Shown here piece after piece: positions 22,574-34,608 of a DNA stretch of 64,000 nt. Where the stretch lies: the NCBI GenBank assembly GCA_030390025.1, contig JASTWF010000048.1, positions 1,116,001-1,180,000 of the forward strand. Reading direction: 5' to 3'. The translations under genes were made by a program, and so were the position numbers. The DNA comes from Squalus acanthias. Its lineage: Eukaryota. Each line of letters begins with the position of its first letter. Positions within the stretch are counted from its first letter, which is position 1. The notes below the pieces were generated by a model, which did not search any database, was not told the origin of the DNA, and worked only from the letters and a program-made list of their open reading frames with translations.

Positions 22574-22885
22574 TCACCACTCTCTGTGTAATGAGGTTTC
22601 TCCTGAATTCCTGTTTGGATTTTGTAGTGACTATCTAATATACATGGCTCGCATTTTGGACCAAAATCATAAGTAGAAACATAATATCTACGTCTACCCT
22701 TTCAAAACCTTCCATAATCGTACATTAATCCAAGTGTGGTCTTACAACGTTATATGGAGACCAGAACTGTGATCGGTATTCTAAGTGTGGTCTTACTAAG
22801 TTATATGGAGATTAGAAGATCGCGCTCGACGCTCTTCTCAGAATCCTCTGTAAACTTGCACGATTCTGACGGCAGCTCCTCTGCG

Positions 22886-22924
22886 GGTTTTGGTCGAGGC
22901 GGCGGATGACTCTGAACCGCTGTG
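22886..22924 (-). promoter_or_regulatory. 23-RSS of A3
   Basis: CACAGCG - 23 nt - ACCAAAACC. Confidence 0.92.
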
Positions 22925-23628
22925 TCCCATCAGCAGCTGCACAGAAATACACCGCCGCATCCGTGTGTTTAAAGCTGCCGATCTTCAGAGTGGATTTCTT
23001 ATTTTCCACAGTCCACGTAATGGCAAACCCTCTCTCAAAAGCCTCTCCATACTGAGCTTCACTGTTGAAATAAATAGACACGATGTAGGTGAATCCTTGT
23101 CCAGCGGATTGCCGATACCACAGCATGTTATCGCGAGCTGTTCCATTCTGATAACAATTTAACTCGGCCTCTCCTCGCTGATCAACAATAATCGAAGTCG
23201 GCCACTGATGGATCACATCCGCCAGCGGACAACCTGAAAAAGAGGCGGCAGAGATGATAAAAACAATCGGATGTAATTGAAAAACTCGGTTGCCTTTTCA
23301 AATTAAGCCCGGGGCGGGAAGCTGCCATTGTTGAGCCGCCGAATCCCAAGCACGAGTTAAAATCAACCCAATAATTGTGGAATTATCACCAAATGAACAA
23401 CATAATGGCGATTATCCTACAGTTAGGTAAGAAAGAACGACATTCCGCATTCTCAAATAATAATGAGAACAATCTACGCATCAATAAATATTAAAATTGC
23501 TAAAATAACTTTAAGCCTCTTAAATATTTTGATTAATGGACGATACTAGTACATCACTTATAATTGTTCAGCATTATCTTACGCGGTGCCAGCAATAAAA
23601 CAGCAAAGGCCAACAAATTGAAATGCAT
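22925..23628 (-). CDS. TRBV: TCR V segment family A copy 3 (A3), intact; leader 23628-23583, V exon 23233-22925
   Basis: Leader MHFNLLAFAVLLLAP|GTAAG. Intron ~100 nt shorter than in A1. Open V exon ending YFCAAADG. Confidence 0.87.
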
Positions 23629-24032
23629 CGTTGAGGGCGTTCGACGATCTAATGCCCCAAATGTGGACTGACAGAGAGAGCGACGCTAATTATTATGCAT
23701 ATGCAAAATCCAAGCTCAGAACCGAATGTTGCGTAGGTAAACAGAAAAAAATAACTTGCATTTCTAAATCGCGTTGCACGACATCAGAACGTCCCAAAAC
23801 AGTTTGCAATCAATGAAGTGCAGTCACTGTCGATGAATAGGAAACTCCGGAGCCCAATCGGTGCACGGCAAAAACCCAAAAAGAGCAATGTGATACATCA
23901 AAATATAATCTGCTTTTAAGTGATTTTGCTTCAGGGAAACATATTGGCCATGGGAACATGAGAAATACGACATAGTATGCGTGCGAAAAGTTACGTCCAC
24001 CTGAGATGGAAAACATGGCCTAGGTTTAAGTA

Positions 24033-24862
24033 TTCCCTCAGTACTGCAGCTTCCGGCAGTACAGCACTCCCTCAGCACTGCCCCTGCGACAGTGCAGCAC
24101 TCCATCAGTACAGCCCCTGCGACAGTGCAGCACTCCGTCAGTACTGCCCGTCCGGCAGTGCAGCTCTCCCTCAGTGCTGCCACTCCGACAGTGCAGCTCT
24201 CCCTCAGTACTGCCCCTCTAACAGTGCAGCACTCCCTCAGTACTGCCCCTCCGACAGTGCAGCACTCCCTCAGTACTGCCCCTCCGACAGTGCAGCGCTC
24301 CCTCAGTACTGCCCATCCAGCAGTGCAGCACTCCCTCTGCACTGCCCCTGCGACAGTGCAGCACTCCGTCAGTACTGCCCCTCTGACAGAGCAGCACTCC
24401 CTCAGTACAGCCCCTGCGACAGTGCAGCACTCCGTCAGTACTGCTCGTCCGACTGTGCAGCTCTCCCTCAGTACTGCCCCTCTGACAGTGCAGCACTCCC
24501 TCAGTACTGCCCCTCCGACAGTGCAGCACTCCCTCAGTACTGCCCCTCCGACAGTGCAGCGCTCTCTCAGTACTGCCCCTCCGGCAGTGCAGCTCTCCAT
24601 CAGTACTGCCCCTCAGACACAGCAGCACTCCCTCAGTACTGCCCCTCTGACAGAGCAGCACTCCCTCAGTACTGCCCCTGCGACAGTGTAGCACTCCGTC
24701 ACTACTGCCCGTCCGGCAGTGCAGCTCTCTCTCAGTGCTGCCCCTCCGACAGTGCAGCTCTCCCTCAGTACTGCCCCTCTGACAGTGCAGCACTCCCTCA
24801 GTACTGCCCCTCCGACAGTGCAGCGCTCCCTCAGTACTGCCCCTCCAACAGTGCTGTGCTCC
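24033..24862. repeat. 33-bp minisatellite upstream of A3 (~0.83 kb, very regular)
   Basis: Near-perfect 33-bp periodicity with open frames throughout. Confidence 0.94.
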
Positions 24863-26679
24863 ATGATTTCTGATCTGAATTTACTTAAGTCGTTGGAGAG
24901 AGAAGCGAAACCTTAACCTTCTGTCTCAGAGGCGTGAATGGTAAAAACGCAGTCGCAGTTGACAATATAGGAGATTAATCTACAAAGATTCCTGAATAAC
25001 TTTTTCACATTGACTTGAGAAACTGTTTCCACTGGCAGGAGCGTTGATAAGCAGAGCACTCAGATTTAGGATCATTGGCAAAAGTATCCGAGGTGTAGAT
25101 CAGAAGAATCTTTTTAAGTCATCGAGTTATCGTGATACGGAATGCACTGCCTGAAATTGTGATGGAAGTAAATTCAATCGTAAGTGTCAAATGGGAATTG
25201 GCTATACAGTTCAAAAGGAACATACATTAAGGGCTATTTGGTAAGAACAGGCAGTGGGACTAATTTTATAGGGGAGGCCAAAACTAGCGGTCATAAATTT
25301 ATGATACTCACGAATACATCTACGAGGGAATTCAGGAGCAATCTACTTACCCAAAGAGTGGTGAGAATGTTTAACTTGTTACCACAAGGAGAGGTTGAAC
25401 GGAATAGAATAGATGCATTTAAAAAAAAGCTATGTTAGGACATGAGCGAGAAAGGGTTAGAAGGACTTGCTGACATGGTTAGATTAAAAGGGGTGGGAGG
25501 AGGATCATGTGGAACTAATTGGATAGAGCTTTCTAACAGCCGGACCGGGCTCGATGAGCCGTATTGCCTCCTTCTGTTCTGTACCTTTAATGATTCTATA
25601 AAGAACAGAATATTGTTGCGTCAAAGTTCCCTTCAGTTTCAGGCAGTGCGGGTTTAAGTTCCTGATGCCCTAAACGAGAATTAAGGGGTTAAATTCTTCG
25701 CGGGGCAGCACTCCAAAATTATTTGACAAACACATCAAATGGCATCAAGAGACTGATAGACAGGTGGCTTAACGGTTTTAAACAGACACTCAATCATCAG
25801 TCAGGATGCAGGTGTTCCAGTAAAAACCGGATCTGGAGCAGCATCTCGTATTTGCAGAGGGTGAAACATCGGTCACCAGTTTAAGGGTTCAGAGATGAAG
25901 TATTTCCTAATTGTATGGGGTTGTGCTCATTAGAGCAGAGAAGGTTGAGGGGAGTTTTGAAAGTGCTTTTCAAAATCATGAATTTTTTTCATGCATTATG
26001 TAAGGAGAAATGGTATCCAGTGGCAGAAGGGTCGATAAACAGAGGAGACAGGTTTAAGGAAATTGACAAAAGAACCAGAGCGAGAGATGAGTAGAATCTT
26101 TTTCCTCAGTGAATTGTTATGATCTACAATGCGCTGCCTGAACGGTTGGTGAAGCAGATTCAATAGTAATATTCAAAAGGCAGTTGGATAACTAATTGAA
26201 GCGGAATTATATTCAGTGCTTTGAGGAACGGGTCAGGGGATTGTGATCAATTGGATCCCTTAATGAAAAGGACATCCGAAATGTTGAAACAGCATTTTTA
26301 ATAATTAATAATTTATAGTAATAATCTGAAGCGAAAGAGAGTAAGAGGATGAATCAGTATGAATAATAAAGTAATCCAAGATATCTCATTTATTTGAACG
26401 GTATGATTAAAGAATAGCGATAGATAGATGATAAAACGACAGGTACATAGATGTTAGATAGATAGATGTTGAGTTAGATCGATCCGATCTTGATAGATAG
26501 ATCGATGACAGATCGATGCATAGATCGCAGATGGATAGAGATAAATAGCTAGTTCGAAAGATAGATAGATAGAAAGAAAGACATATAGATATTTAAATGA
26601 TTAAAGAGACACACAAACAGACTCACAGACAGACAACGAGACAGATCTGTCTCCCATGGTTATTTCCTGCTGCATTTGG

Positions 26680-26718
26680 GGTTTATGTTGAGCTCCTCCA
26701 TCTCTCTGAGTCACTGTG
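26680..26718 (-). promoter_or_regulatory. 23-RSS of B2
   Basis: CACAGTG - 23 nt - ACATAAACC. Confidence 0.93.
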
Positions 26719-27635
26719 CAGACTCCAAGCGCAGTAATACGCGGCCGAGTGATTCGCCCGCAGCCTGGTGGACTCCAGGAAGAAGTGGGTGTCGTCGGGT
26801 CTTCTGGCGGTGAATCCATCCACCTCACCAGAGGGAGTGACCACTTCGGCCACGTTAGAATAGAAAAGGTTTTCAGGCTCCCTGTTGGGATGCCAGCGGT
26901 ACCAGTAGAAAGTGGTACCAGCTGTTGCTTTTGTGTAAAGGCACTCGATGCGAACTGGAGTGCCCGGGGAACTGGATATGGAAGCGGGAGTCTGTTCGAT
27001 CAGCACGGCCCGCACATCTTTAAAACAGAGAAAAAGAGAGAGTGATAAATAAAACCAGGGAGAAAATGCATATAGACAACCACCATGAAGGGGCAGAGAA
27101 GGGGAGAGAGAGATAGTGAGGGCGAGAGTGGGCGAGAGAGGCAGAAAAACACAGCGAGAAGGAGAGAGAGACAGAGACAATGATAGAGCGATTGTGACGC
27201 AGGGAGAGAAACCGAGGGACAATCTAAACATTGAAAGAGGACGAGAAGGAGTACACGAGGACAGAGCGATAGAAAAGAGAAAGAAGGTAAGAGAAGGACA
27301 GGAAATGACTGACATAGAGACAAAGTGAGAGAGGCTCACAAAGAGAGATAGAGTGAGAGACACGGAAAATATAAATGGGCAGACAGTCAGTGAGACAGAC
27401 TGAGAGAGATACAGCGGCAGAGAGCGAGAGTGCGGCAGAGAGAGTGAGAGGCAGAGAGAGGGAGACAGAGAGACAGAGAGAGCAAAATATAAACCGAGTT
27501 AGACAGAATCTACAACAGCACGCAGTGTGAAGTGATACACGGGGAAATAAACGTAAGGGGCGCAAACATCTCACTGCCCTGCTACAGCTTACCCGTTAAC
27601 AGCAGCAACACAACCCAGAGCTGATGCACAGCCAT
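26719..27635 (-). CDS. TRBV: TCR V segment family B copy 2 (B2), open; leader 27635-27593, V exon 27017-26719
   Basis: Leader MAVHQLWVVLLLLT|GTAAGC. Acceptor AAG (weaker). V exon ends AYYCAWSL. Confidence 0.88.
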
Positions 27636-28944
27636 CTCTGGAGGGAGAAAGATCCGGGTGTTTATGATGTGCTATCAATGAGCCGTTTCATTGTAGAATA
27701 TCACAAAGCTCTGAGAAATGATTGGAATTTACTGTCCCCTCCTCTCCAATGTTAAACTTTCGGATGGGAGCGGCCAATCTCTCTTCAAATGTTTATTGGC
27801 TCCCAAATCGGGCTTGGTCATTTCCGGGGCGGGGCTAATGTGTTCCCCGGATAAACAATGTTCTGCCTCATCCCTTTGATGGCAGAGGCTGGTGTTATTT
27901 CAGCCTGTAACAACCCCGAGGCTCCATCTGAGGTACCAGTGATGGTGAGGGAGTGAGAAAAGGGAGTTATACTGTCTGTTTGACTCATTCTGTGGATTTA
28001 ACCTGCATCTCATCAGTGAGTGAGGGGCTTTATTCTGTATCTAACCACGGAGTGAGGGGCTTCACAAGGAGTTTACCCACTGACTGAAGGGCTTTACTCT
28101 CTATTTAATCAATGAATGGTGGATCTTACTCTGTATCAATCTAATGGATTATGGGCTTTACACTGAATCGGAACAGTATATGATGGGGTTCACTCTGTCC
28201 GCAAAAAATAATTGATGGGCTTTAGTCTGTACCTAACTAAAGGATCATGGATTTTACTTTGTATCTAACCAGTAAAGGATGGGCTTCAATCTGTATGAAA
28301 TCAATGATTCACGGGACCTACTCTGTATCTAATCAGTGTATCAAGCAGGGCTGCCCATGTTTATAACCCATGCTCTCACTTATCTAAACCGTGTTGACCG
28401 GATATCTAATCCGTGCTGCCCATGTATTTAATCAGTTCCGTCCCTTTACCTATCCCGTACTGTCACTGTATCTAACCCGTACTGTCCTTATATCTTACCT
28501 GTACTGTGGCTGTACCTAACCTGTACCGTGCCTCTATCTAACGCCTGCTGTTCCTTTATCTAATGTGTGCTGTTCCTGTATCTAATGTGTGTTGTCCCTG
28601 TATCTAATGTGTGCTGTGTTCCGGTGTCTTAGGACCGCTGTGCCTGTATCGAACCCGTGCAGCCCATATATTTAATCAGTTCCGTCCCTGTACATATCCC
28701 CAACTCTCCCTGCATCTTACTCATATTATCCCTCTATCAAACCCGTACTGTCCTGTATGTAAGTCGTACTCTCCCTGTGTCTTACCCGTGCTGTCCCTTC
28801 TCATACACCAAATCCGCTCCCACCAACCCTCCGCCACTGGTTGGAATCCACCCCCAGCGAAGAAGCGGCTGGTTCGGTCCTGAGCTCCAATCTCAGCTGC
28901 ACCGGGTTTTTGATGCACCACCCCGGCTCCTTGTGTCAACTGTG

Positions 28945-29374
28945 CAATCGCCAGGTGCAATAATACACCCCCGAGTGTTTCGTTCGCAGGCGGGCCGATT
29001 GCAGCTGGAAGTTGTATTCGTCGTGTCGAGAGGAGGTGAAAACGTCCAGCTCTCACGCCGGCTCGATGCGGTCGGTATTGGGAGAGTAGAAGAGCAGCAA
29101 GAGATGTAGGTCTGGGAGCTGGCGGTACCAGGAAAACTCTGAGCCGAAGTTGCCCTCTGCAGAACAGCGGATCCGCACTGGCGAGTGCAGGGAATGGGAG
29201 ATTACAGGCGGATTTTGCTGATATTTGCTGCTGGCTACACCTGCGAATATGAGTAAAATGACTGAGTTAAAACAGGGGACCGTTCACAGTCGGAGGCAAA
29301 CTGCGCCCAAGCAATGCCGAGAGAGACTTACTGTGCAACAGCAGCGCAGACATAAGACATCGGGATAAATGCAT
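28945..29374 (-). pseudogene. TRBV: TCR V family C copy 3 (C3), single in-frame stop; leader 29374-29332, V exon 29240-28945
   Basis: Intact ATG and splice sites. KYQQNP..IRC..FSWYRQ..IEPA*EL..VYYCTWRL with TGA at 29053-29055. RSS CACAGTT - 24 nt - TCAAAAACC (28905-28944). Confidence 0.88.
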
Positions 29375-30407
29375 TTTGTTGTACACTTTGCAGAAGAGAA
29401 TCAAACGGAGCTTTTGTAAAAAGCTGCTCTCCCGGCGGCTGTGTGGCGGCTTCATTTAACTGTAGTTCTGTTTGATTGATAGCTGCAACCCGCTTACCCC
29501 AGTCCCCTCCCCTTACAGTCTGATTTCCAGCTGTCGACATTACCCCGCCGCCTCCCTGCTTCTCCCGACTCTTCACGTAACTGAAGAACTTCATCCCTGG
29601 TACCATTCTGGAAAATCTCCCCTGGAACCTGTGTATGCTCTGGACATCCGTCCGAAGGCGCGTTGCCCATGTTTGGATTCACTTTTCTAGCTGGGGTTGG
29701 AGAAACCCATTTCTCAATTTCTAAAGATAGAAACAAAACGAAATATGTTGTGAAGAAGTTGTTGCTCAATTCGATTCTAACACGCCACCAGAAATGAAAC
29801 ATTAAATTGGAGAAATTGACCTTCATCTTGGTAGTGTAATGCAATCTGGCGGGTGCTCGTTTAGCAAACAGTTCCGGTTGAGTCTTAAATCCGCTTCGGT
29901 TTGATTGGCATAGTGTCAGAGCCGGAAGTTGCAACGAATAGTTGCAAGCGCCCATGGAGCAAATAAACATATTTAGCAGCAAATACATTGTATTGGAACA
30001 CAGTATTCACCAACTGATTTTGATGATGTTTCAATCGCTACTGAATTATCTTTCTTCCTCTCTGTCTTTCTTTCTTCTTTCTTTCCTTCGTTTCTTTCTT
30101 TCTCTCCGTTTCTTTTTGTTTGTCTTTCATTTTATGCCTCTCCCTTTCTTTCCTCATTTATTTACTTTTTTTGTCTTCCTTTCTTACTTGCTTTCTCTCC
30201 GAGGCTCCATGTGAGATGGCAGCTATGATGACGCGGTTAAACAACCTCTTTCTCCCTCTTTTTATTTTCCGCTTTCAATCTCTTTTTCGCTTTGACTTCC
30301 TTATTGTTTTTTGTTTCCTGCTTTCATTCCATCGCTCCCCTCACTTTCTTCCTCCTTTTATCATTAACTTTGCATTCTTGTCGTCTCCCTTCTCTTTCTT
30401 TCTAAAT

Positions 30408-31775
30408 TAACAACAACAACTTGCATTTATATAGCGCCTTTAACGTAGTATTAACAGGAGCGTTATCAAAAAAAAATGACAATGAGCCACTTAAGGAGAT
30501 ATTAGGGCAGATTACCAAAAGCCTGGTTAAACAGCGAGGTTTTAAGGGGCCCCTTAAAGAAGCAATGAGGGGTAGAGAGGCGGAGAGGCTCAGGAAGAGA
30601 TTTCAAGAGCTTACGGTGAAGCAATTAAAATCGGGGATGCGGAACAGCCCAGAATTGCAGGAACGCAGATATCTCGTACGGTTGTGGTGCTGGAGGAGGT
30701 TTCAGAGAGAGTGGGGCGAGCCACGGAGGGATTTGAAAGCAAACATGAGAATATTAAAACGGAGGCGTTGCTCAACCCGCAGCCAATGTAGGTCAGCGAG
30801 CACAGCGGTGATGGGTGACCGGGGCTTGGTACGAGTTAGAATAGGGGGTGCACAGTTATAGTTTAGGGAGGGTGGAAGATGGGAGTCCGGCCAGTAGTGC
30901 GTTGGAATAGTCAAGTCTGGAGATAACAACGGCATGGATCAGGGTTACAGCAGCGGGTGAGCTGAGGCAGGAGCAGAATCAGTGATGTTACGCAGGTTCA
31001 AGTAGGAGGTCTTAATGATGGCGCGAACTTCTGCAGTGGTGTTCCCCAATGGTCAGGTTTGGATCCATTAATCTTTGCAATTTTTACAAAAACTTCCTAG
31101 ACTCGGTTGAAGGAGCAGTATCATCAAGTATTCAAATTACGCATAACCTTTCGAAGTAGTAGATTATGATAAGGACAGTTTTAGAATTCAGGATGACATA
31201 GACAGGACGGCTAAATCGGCAGAAGCATGGCAGATGCAGTTCAATTTTGGAGAAGTGTGAAGTGGTCCACTTTGGAGCACTAATATGGAAGGAGTGGATA
31301 CTATAAATGGCACGATTTTGCAAAGTGTAGATGAGCAGAGAGACCGTGGTGTTCATATACATAAAACCTTAAAGGCGGCAGAGTAATTGATATGTGGTTT
31401 AAAAAGCATATGGGTTACTTGGGTTTATAAATAGTTCAGTAGAAAATAAAAACAAAGAGATCATAATGGAACTTTAGAAAACACTGGTTAGGACTCATCT
31501 GGAGTATTCTGGACAATTCTGGCACCTAACTGCAGGAAAGATGTAAAGGCCTTAGAAAGGGTACAGAGGAGGTTTGCCAGGATGCTACCAGGAATGAGGG
31601 GCTTCAGATATGAGGAGAGGTTGGTAAAGTTAGGTCTGTTCTCTTTGCAACAGAAATGTTTAAGAGGTGACCTAACAGAGATTTTCAAGACAATGACAGG
31701 TTTTGATAGAGAAAATTATAGAAGTAGAAAAAGCTATTCCCTCTGGCGAGTGTGTCAATAGCCGGCGTTCATAGA
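30408..31775. mobile_element. L2 3' end (-) plus CR1 fragment (+), short-type cassette block
   Basis: Close paralog of 13300-14715. Confidence 0.72.
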
Positions 31776-32509
31776 AAACTATAAAAATAGGCATGGCTCA
31801 TTCTGGACCAAAGCAGGTCGTGGCACAGGCTACATTGAAGCTACAGCGCCAGTTAATGGCAACAACGTGCAACTACAAGCAACTGGATCTTGTTACTTTC
31901 CAGGTACTACTGATATGGTACGTATTTTCAACTCATGTCCTGAAATTGATTTGGCTTCTAATTATTTTCTCATCTGCTTCAGATGTTGACGATCTAACAT
32001 AGAATTGCATCGATTTTACAACACGGAATCCTGTCCAATTGGACAATGCAGGGCTTTATCCTGTACAGGTGGCACCTCCCACCTCGCTTCATCTCACCCT
32101 ATCAGCAGAACCTTCTACTCCTGTCTCTCTCGAGTCTTTATCCAGTTTCTATGGTATATGCCTCAAGCAGTCTTTGTGGTAGCATGTTCCACGTTATCAG
32201 CACTCTCTGTGTCATGAGGTTTTTCCTGAATTCCTTTTTTAATTTTGTAGTGACTATCTTATATACATTGCCCCTATTTTTGACCAATCCCTAAAGTAGA
32301 AACACAATCTCTACATCTACCCTATCCACGCCTTCCACAATCTTAAATTAATGCAAGTGTGGTCTAACAACCCCCAAATGGAGACCAGCACTGTGTACGG
32401 TATTCTAATTGTGGCCTAACCAAGTTACATGGGGATTAGAACTGAGCGCTGGGCGCTGTTCTCGGAATCCTCTGTAAAATTACACAAGTCTGAGGCCAGC
32501 ACGTCTGAG

Positions 32510-32548
32510 GGTTTTGGTCTCGGCGGCGGATGACTCTGAAACGCTGTG
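32510..32548 (-). promoter_or_regulatory. 23-RSS of deleted segment A4
   Basis: CACAGCG - 23 nt - ACCAAAACC. Confidence 0.9.
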
Positions 32549-32847
32549 TCCCATTAATAGCAGCACAGAAATACAGCGGACAGTCGGGAAAGAGGCGGCA
32601 GAGATGATAAAAACAATCGGATGTAATTGAGAAACTCGGCTGGATTTTCAAAATTAAGTCGAGGCGTAAAATTTGCATTGTGGAGTCGCCGATTCTCAAA
32701 CGCAAGTTAAAATCTACGCGATAATTCTGGGATTATAGCCAAATTAACAACATATAAGATGATACTAGAACATCACTTATAATTGTTCAACATTATCTTA
32801 CTCGATCCCAGCAATAAAAGAGCAAAGACGAACAAATTGAAATGCAT
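32549..32847 (-). pseudogene. TRBV: TCR V family A copy 4 (A4), internally deleted pseudogene; leader 32847-32802, V remnant 32584-32549
   Basis: V exon reduced from 309 to 36 nt (CPL|YFCAAING). Acceptor AG changed to CG. Leader MHFNLFVFALLLLGS intact. Confidence 0.9.
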
Positions 32848-33167
32848 CGTTGAGGGCGATCGACGGTCTAATGCCCCAAATGGGGACTGACAGAGAGAGC
32901 GACGCTGATTATTACGTATATGCAAAATCCAAGGTCAGAACCGGAATTGCGTAAAACAGAAAGAAAGAACTTGCATTTCAAAAGCGCGATTCAAGACCTC
33001 AGGACGTCTCAAAGCGCTTTGCAATCAATGAAGTACTTTTGAAGTGTAGTCGCTGTCGTAATATAGGAAGCGCAGCAGACCAATTTCCGTACAGCAAGAT
33101 GACACAAAGATCAATGTGATAAATCAAAAGAACTTCGTTTCAGGCAAAAATAGGGCCTCGACAACTA

Positions 33168-33412
33168 CCACTAGAAGTAAAGGGAATCAGGGGTTACGGG
33201 GAGCGAGCTGGAAATTGGACATGAGTTTGAGTTCGGATCGGTCAAGGCACTGTGGGTGGCGGAGCGGGCCCAGGGGCCGAGTGGCCTGGTCCTGCTCCTA
33301 CTTGTGTTCTTCAGAGTTGAGGTTGGATCAGATCAGCCATGATCTCATTGAATGGCGGAGCAGGCTCGAGGGGCCGATTGGTCTACTCCTGCTCCTATTT
33401 CTTATGTTCTTA
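33168..33412 (+). mobile_element. CR1-type 3' end with doubled 3' UTR, inserted into the SINE upstream of A4
   Basis: GGCGGAGC..GGGCCGA..CCTGCTCCTA..GTTCTT occurs twice. Absent from the other A-adjacent SINEs. Confidence 0.7.
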
Positions 33413-33480
33413 AATACGTCACAGTATGAGTGCGAAACTTTACATCCACCTGAGAGGGTAGGCAGGGCCTAGGTTTAACT

Positions 33481-34608
33481 ACTCCCTCGGTACTTCCCCA
33501 CAGAAGGTACAGCGCTTCCTCAGTACTATCCCTCTGACAATGCAGCGCAAAAGCCGCACTGTTCCACCGAGTGTGCAGCAGTACCTCAGCACTGCAGCTT
33601 CCGACAGTGCGGCATTCCATCAGTAGTGCCTTTCTGAGAGTGCAGCACTCCGTCAGTACAACCGTTACGACAGTGCAGCATCTCGCTCAGTACTGCAACT
33701 CCGACAGTGCATCACTCCGTCAGTACTGCCCCTCCGACAGTGCAGCGTTTCCTTAGTACTGCCCCTCTGACAGTGCAGCACACCCTCAGTACTGCCCCTC
33801 TGACAGTGCAGCACTCCCTCAGTACTGCCCCTCCGACAGTGCAGATCTCCCTCAGTACTGCCTCTCCGAAAGGGAAGCTCTCGCTCAGTACTGTCCCTCC
33901 AACAGAGCAGCACTCCCTCAGTACTGTCCCTGCAACAGTGCAGCACCCCCTCAGTACTATCCATCCAACAGTGCAGCTCTCCCTCAATACTATCCCTCCA
34001 ACAGTGCAGCACTCCCTCAGTACTGTCCCTCCAACAGTGCAGCACTCCCTCAGTACTGTCCCTCCAACAGTGCAGCACTCCCTCAGTACTGTCCCTCCAA
34101 CTGTGCAGCTCTCCCTCAGTACTGTCCCTCCAGCAGTGCAGCTCTCCCTCAGTACTGTCCCTCCAACAGTGCAGCACCCCCCTTTTACTGTCCCTGCAAA
34201 AGTGTAGATCTCCCTCAGTACTGTCCCTCTAACAGTGCAGCACTCCCCCATTACTGTCCCTGGAACAGTGCAGCAATCCATCAGTACTCGCCCTCCAACA
34301 GTGCAGCTCTCCCTCAGTACTGCCTCTCTGAATGTGCAGCACTCCCTCAGTACTGCCCCTCCGTCAGTGAAGCTCTCCCTCAGTACTGCCGCTCCGACCG
34401 TACAGCGCTCACTCAGTACTGCCCCTGTGACAGTGCAGCCCTCCCTCCGTACTTCCCCTCCGACAGTGCAGTGCTCCCTCAGTACTGCCTCTCCAACAGT
34501 GCAGCATTCCGGCAGTACTGCCCTCTGGCAGTGCAATGCACACATAGTACTGCCCCTCGGACAGTGCAGCGCTCCCTCATTACTGACCCTCTCACAGTGC
34601 AGCGCGCC
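33481..34608. repeat. 33-bp minisatellite upstream of A4 (~1.1 kb)
   Basis: Tandem units, with a homogenised CTGTCCCTCCAACAGTG variant run. Confidence 0.93.

Noticed and set aside
23824-24916. Long Cys/Pro/Thr-rich ORFs (up to ~300 aa) in all 33-bp arrays
   Set aside because: The unit length is a multiple of 3 and is stop-free in several frames on both strands. No gene structure is present.
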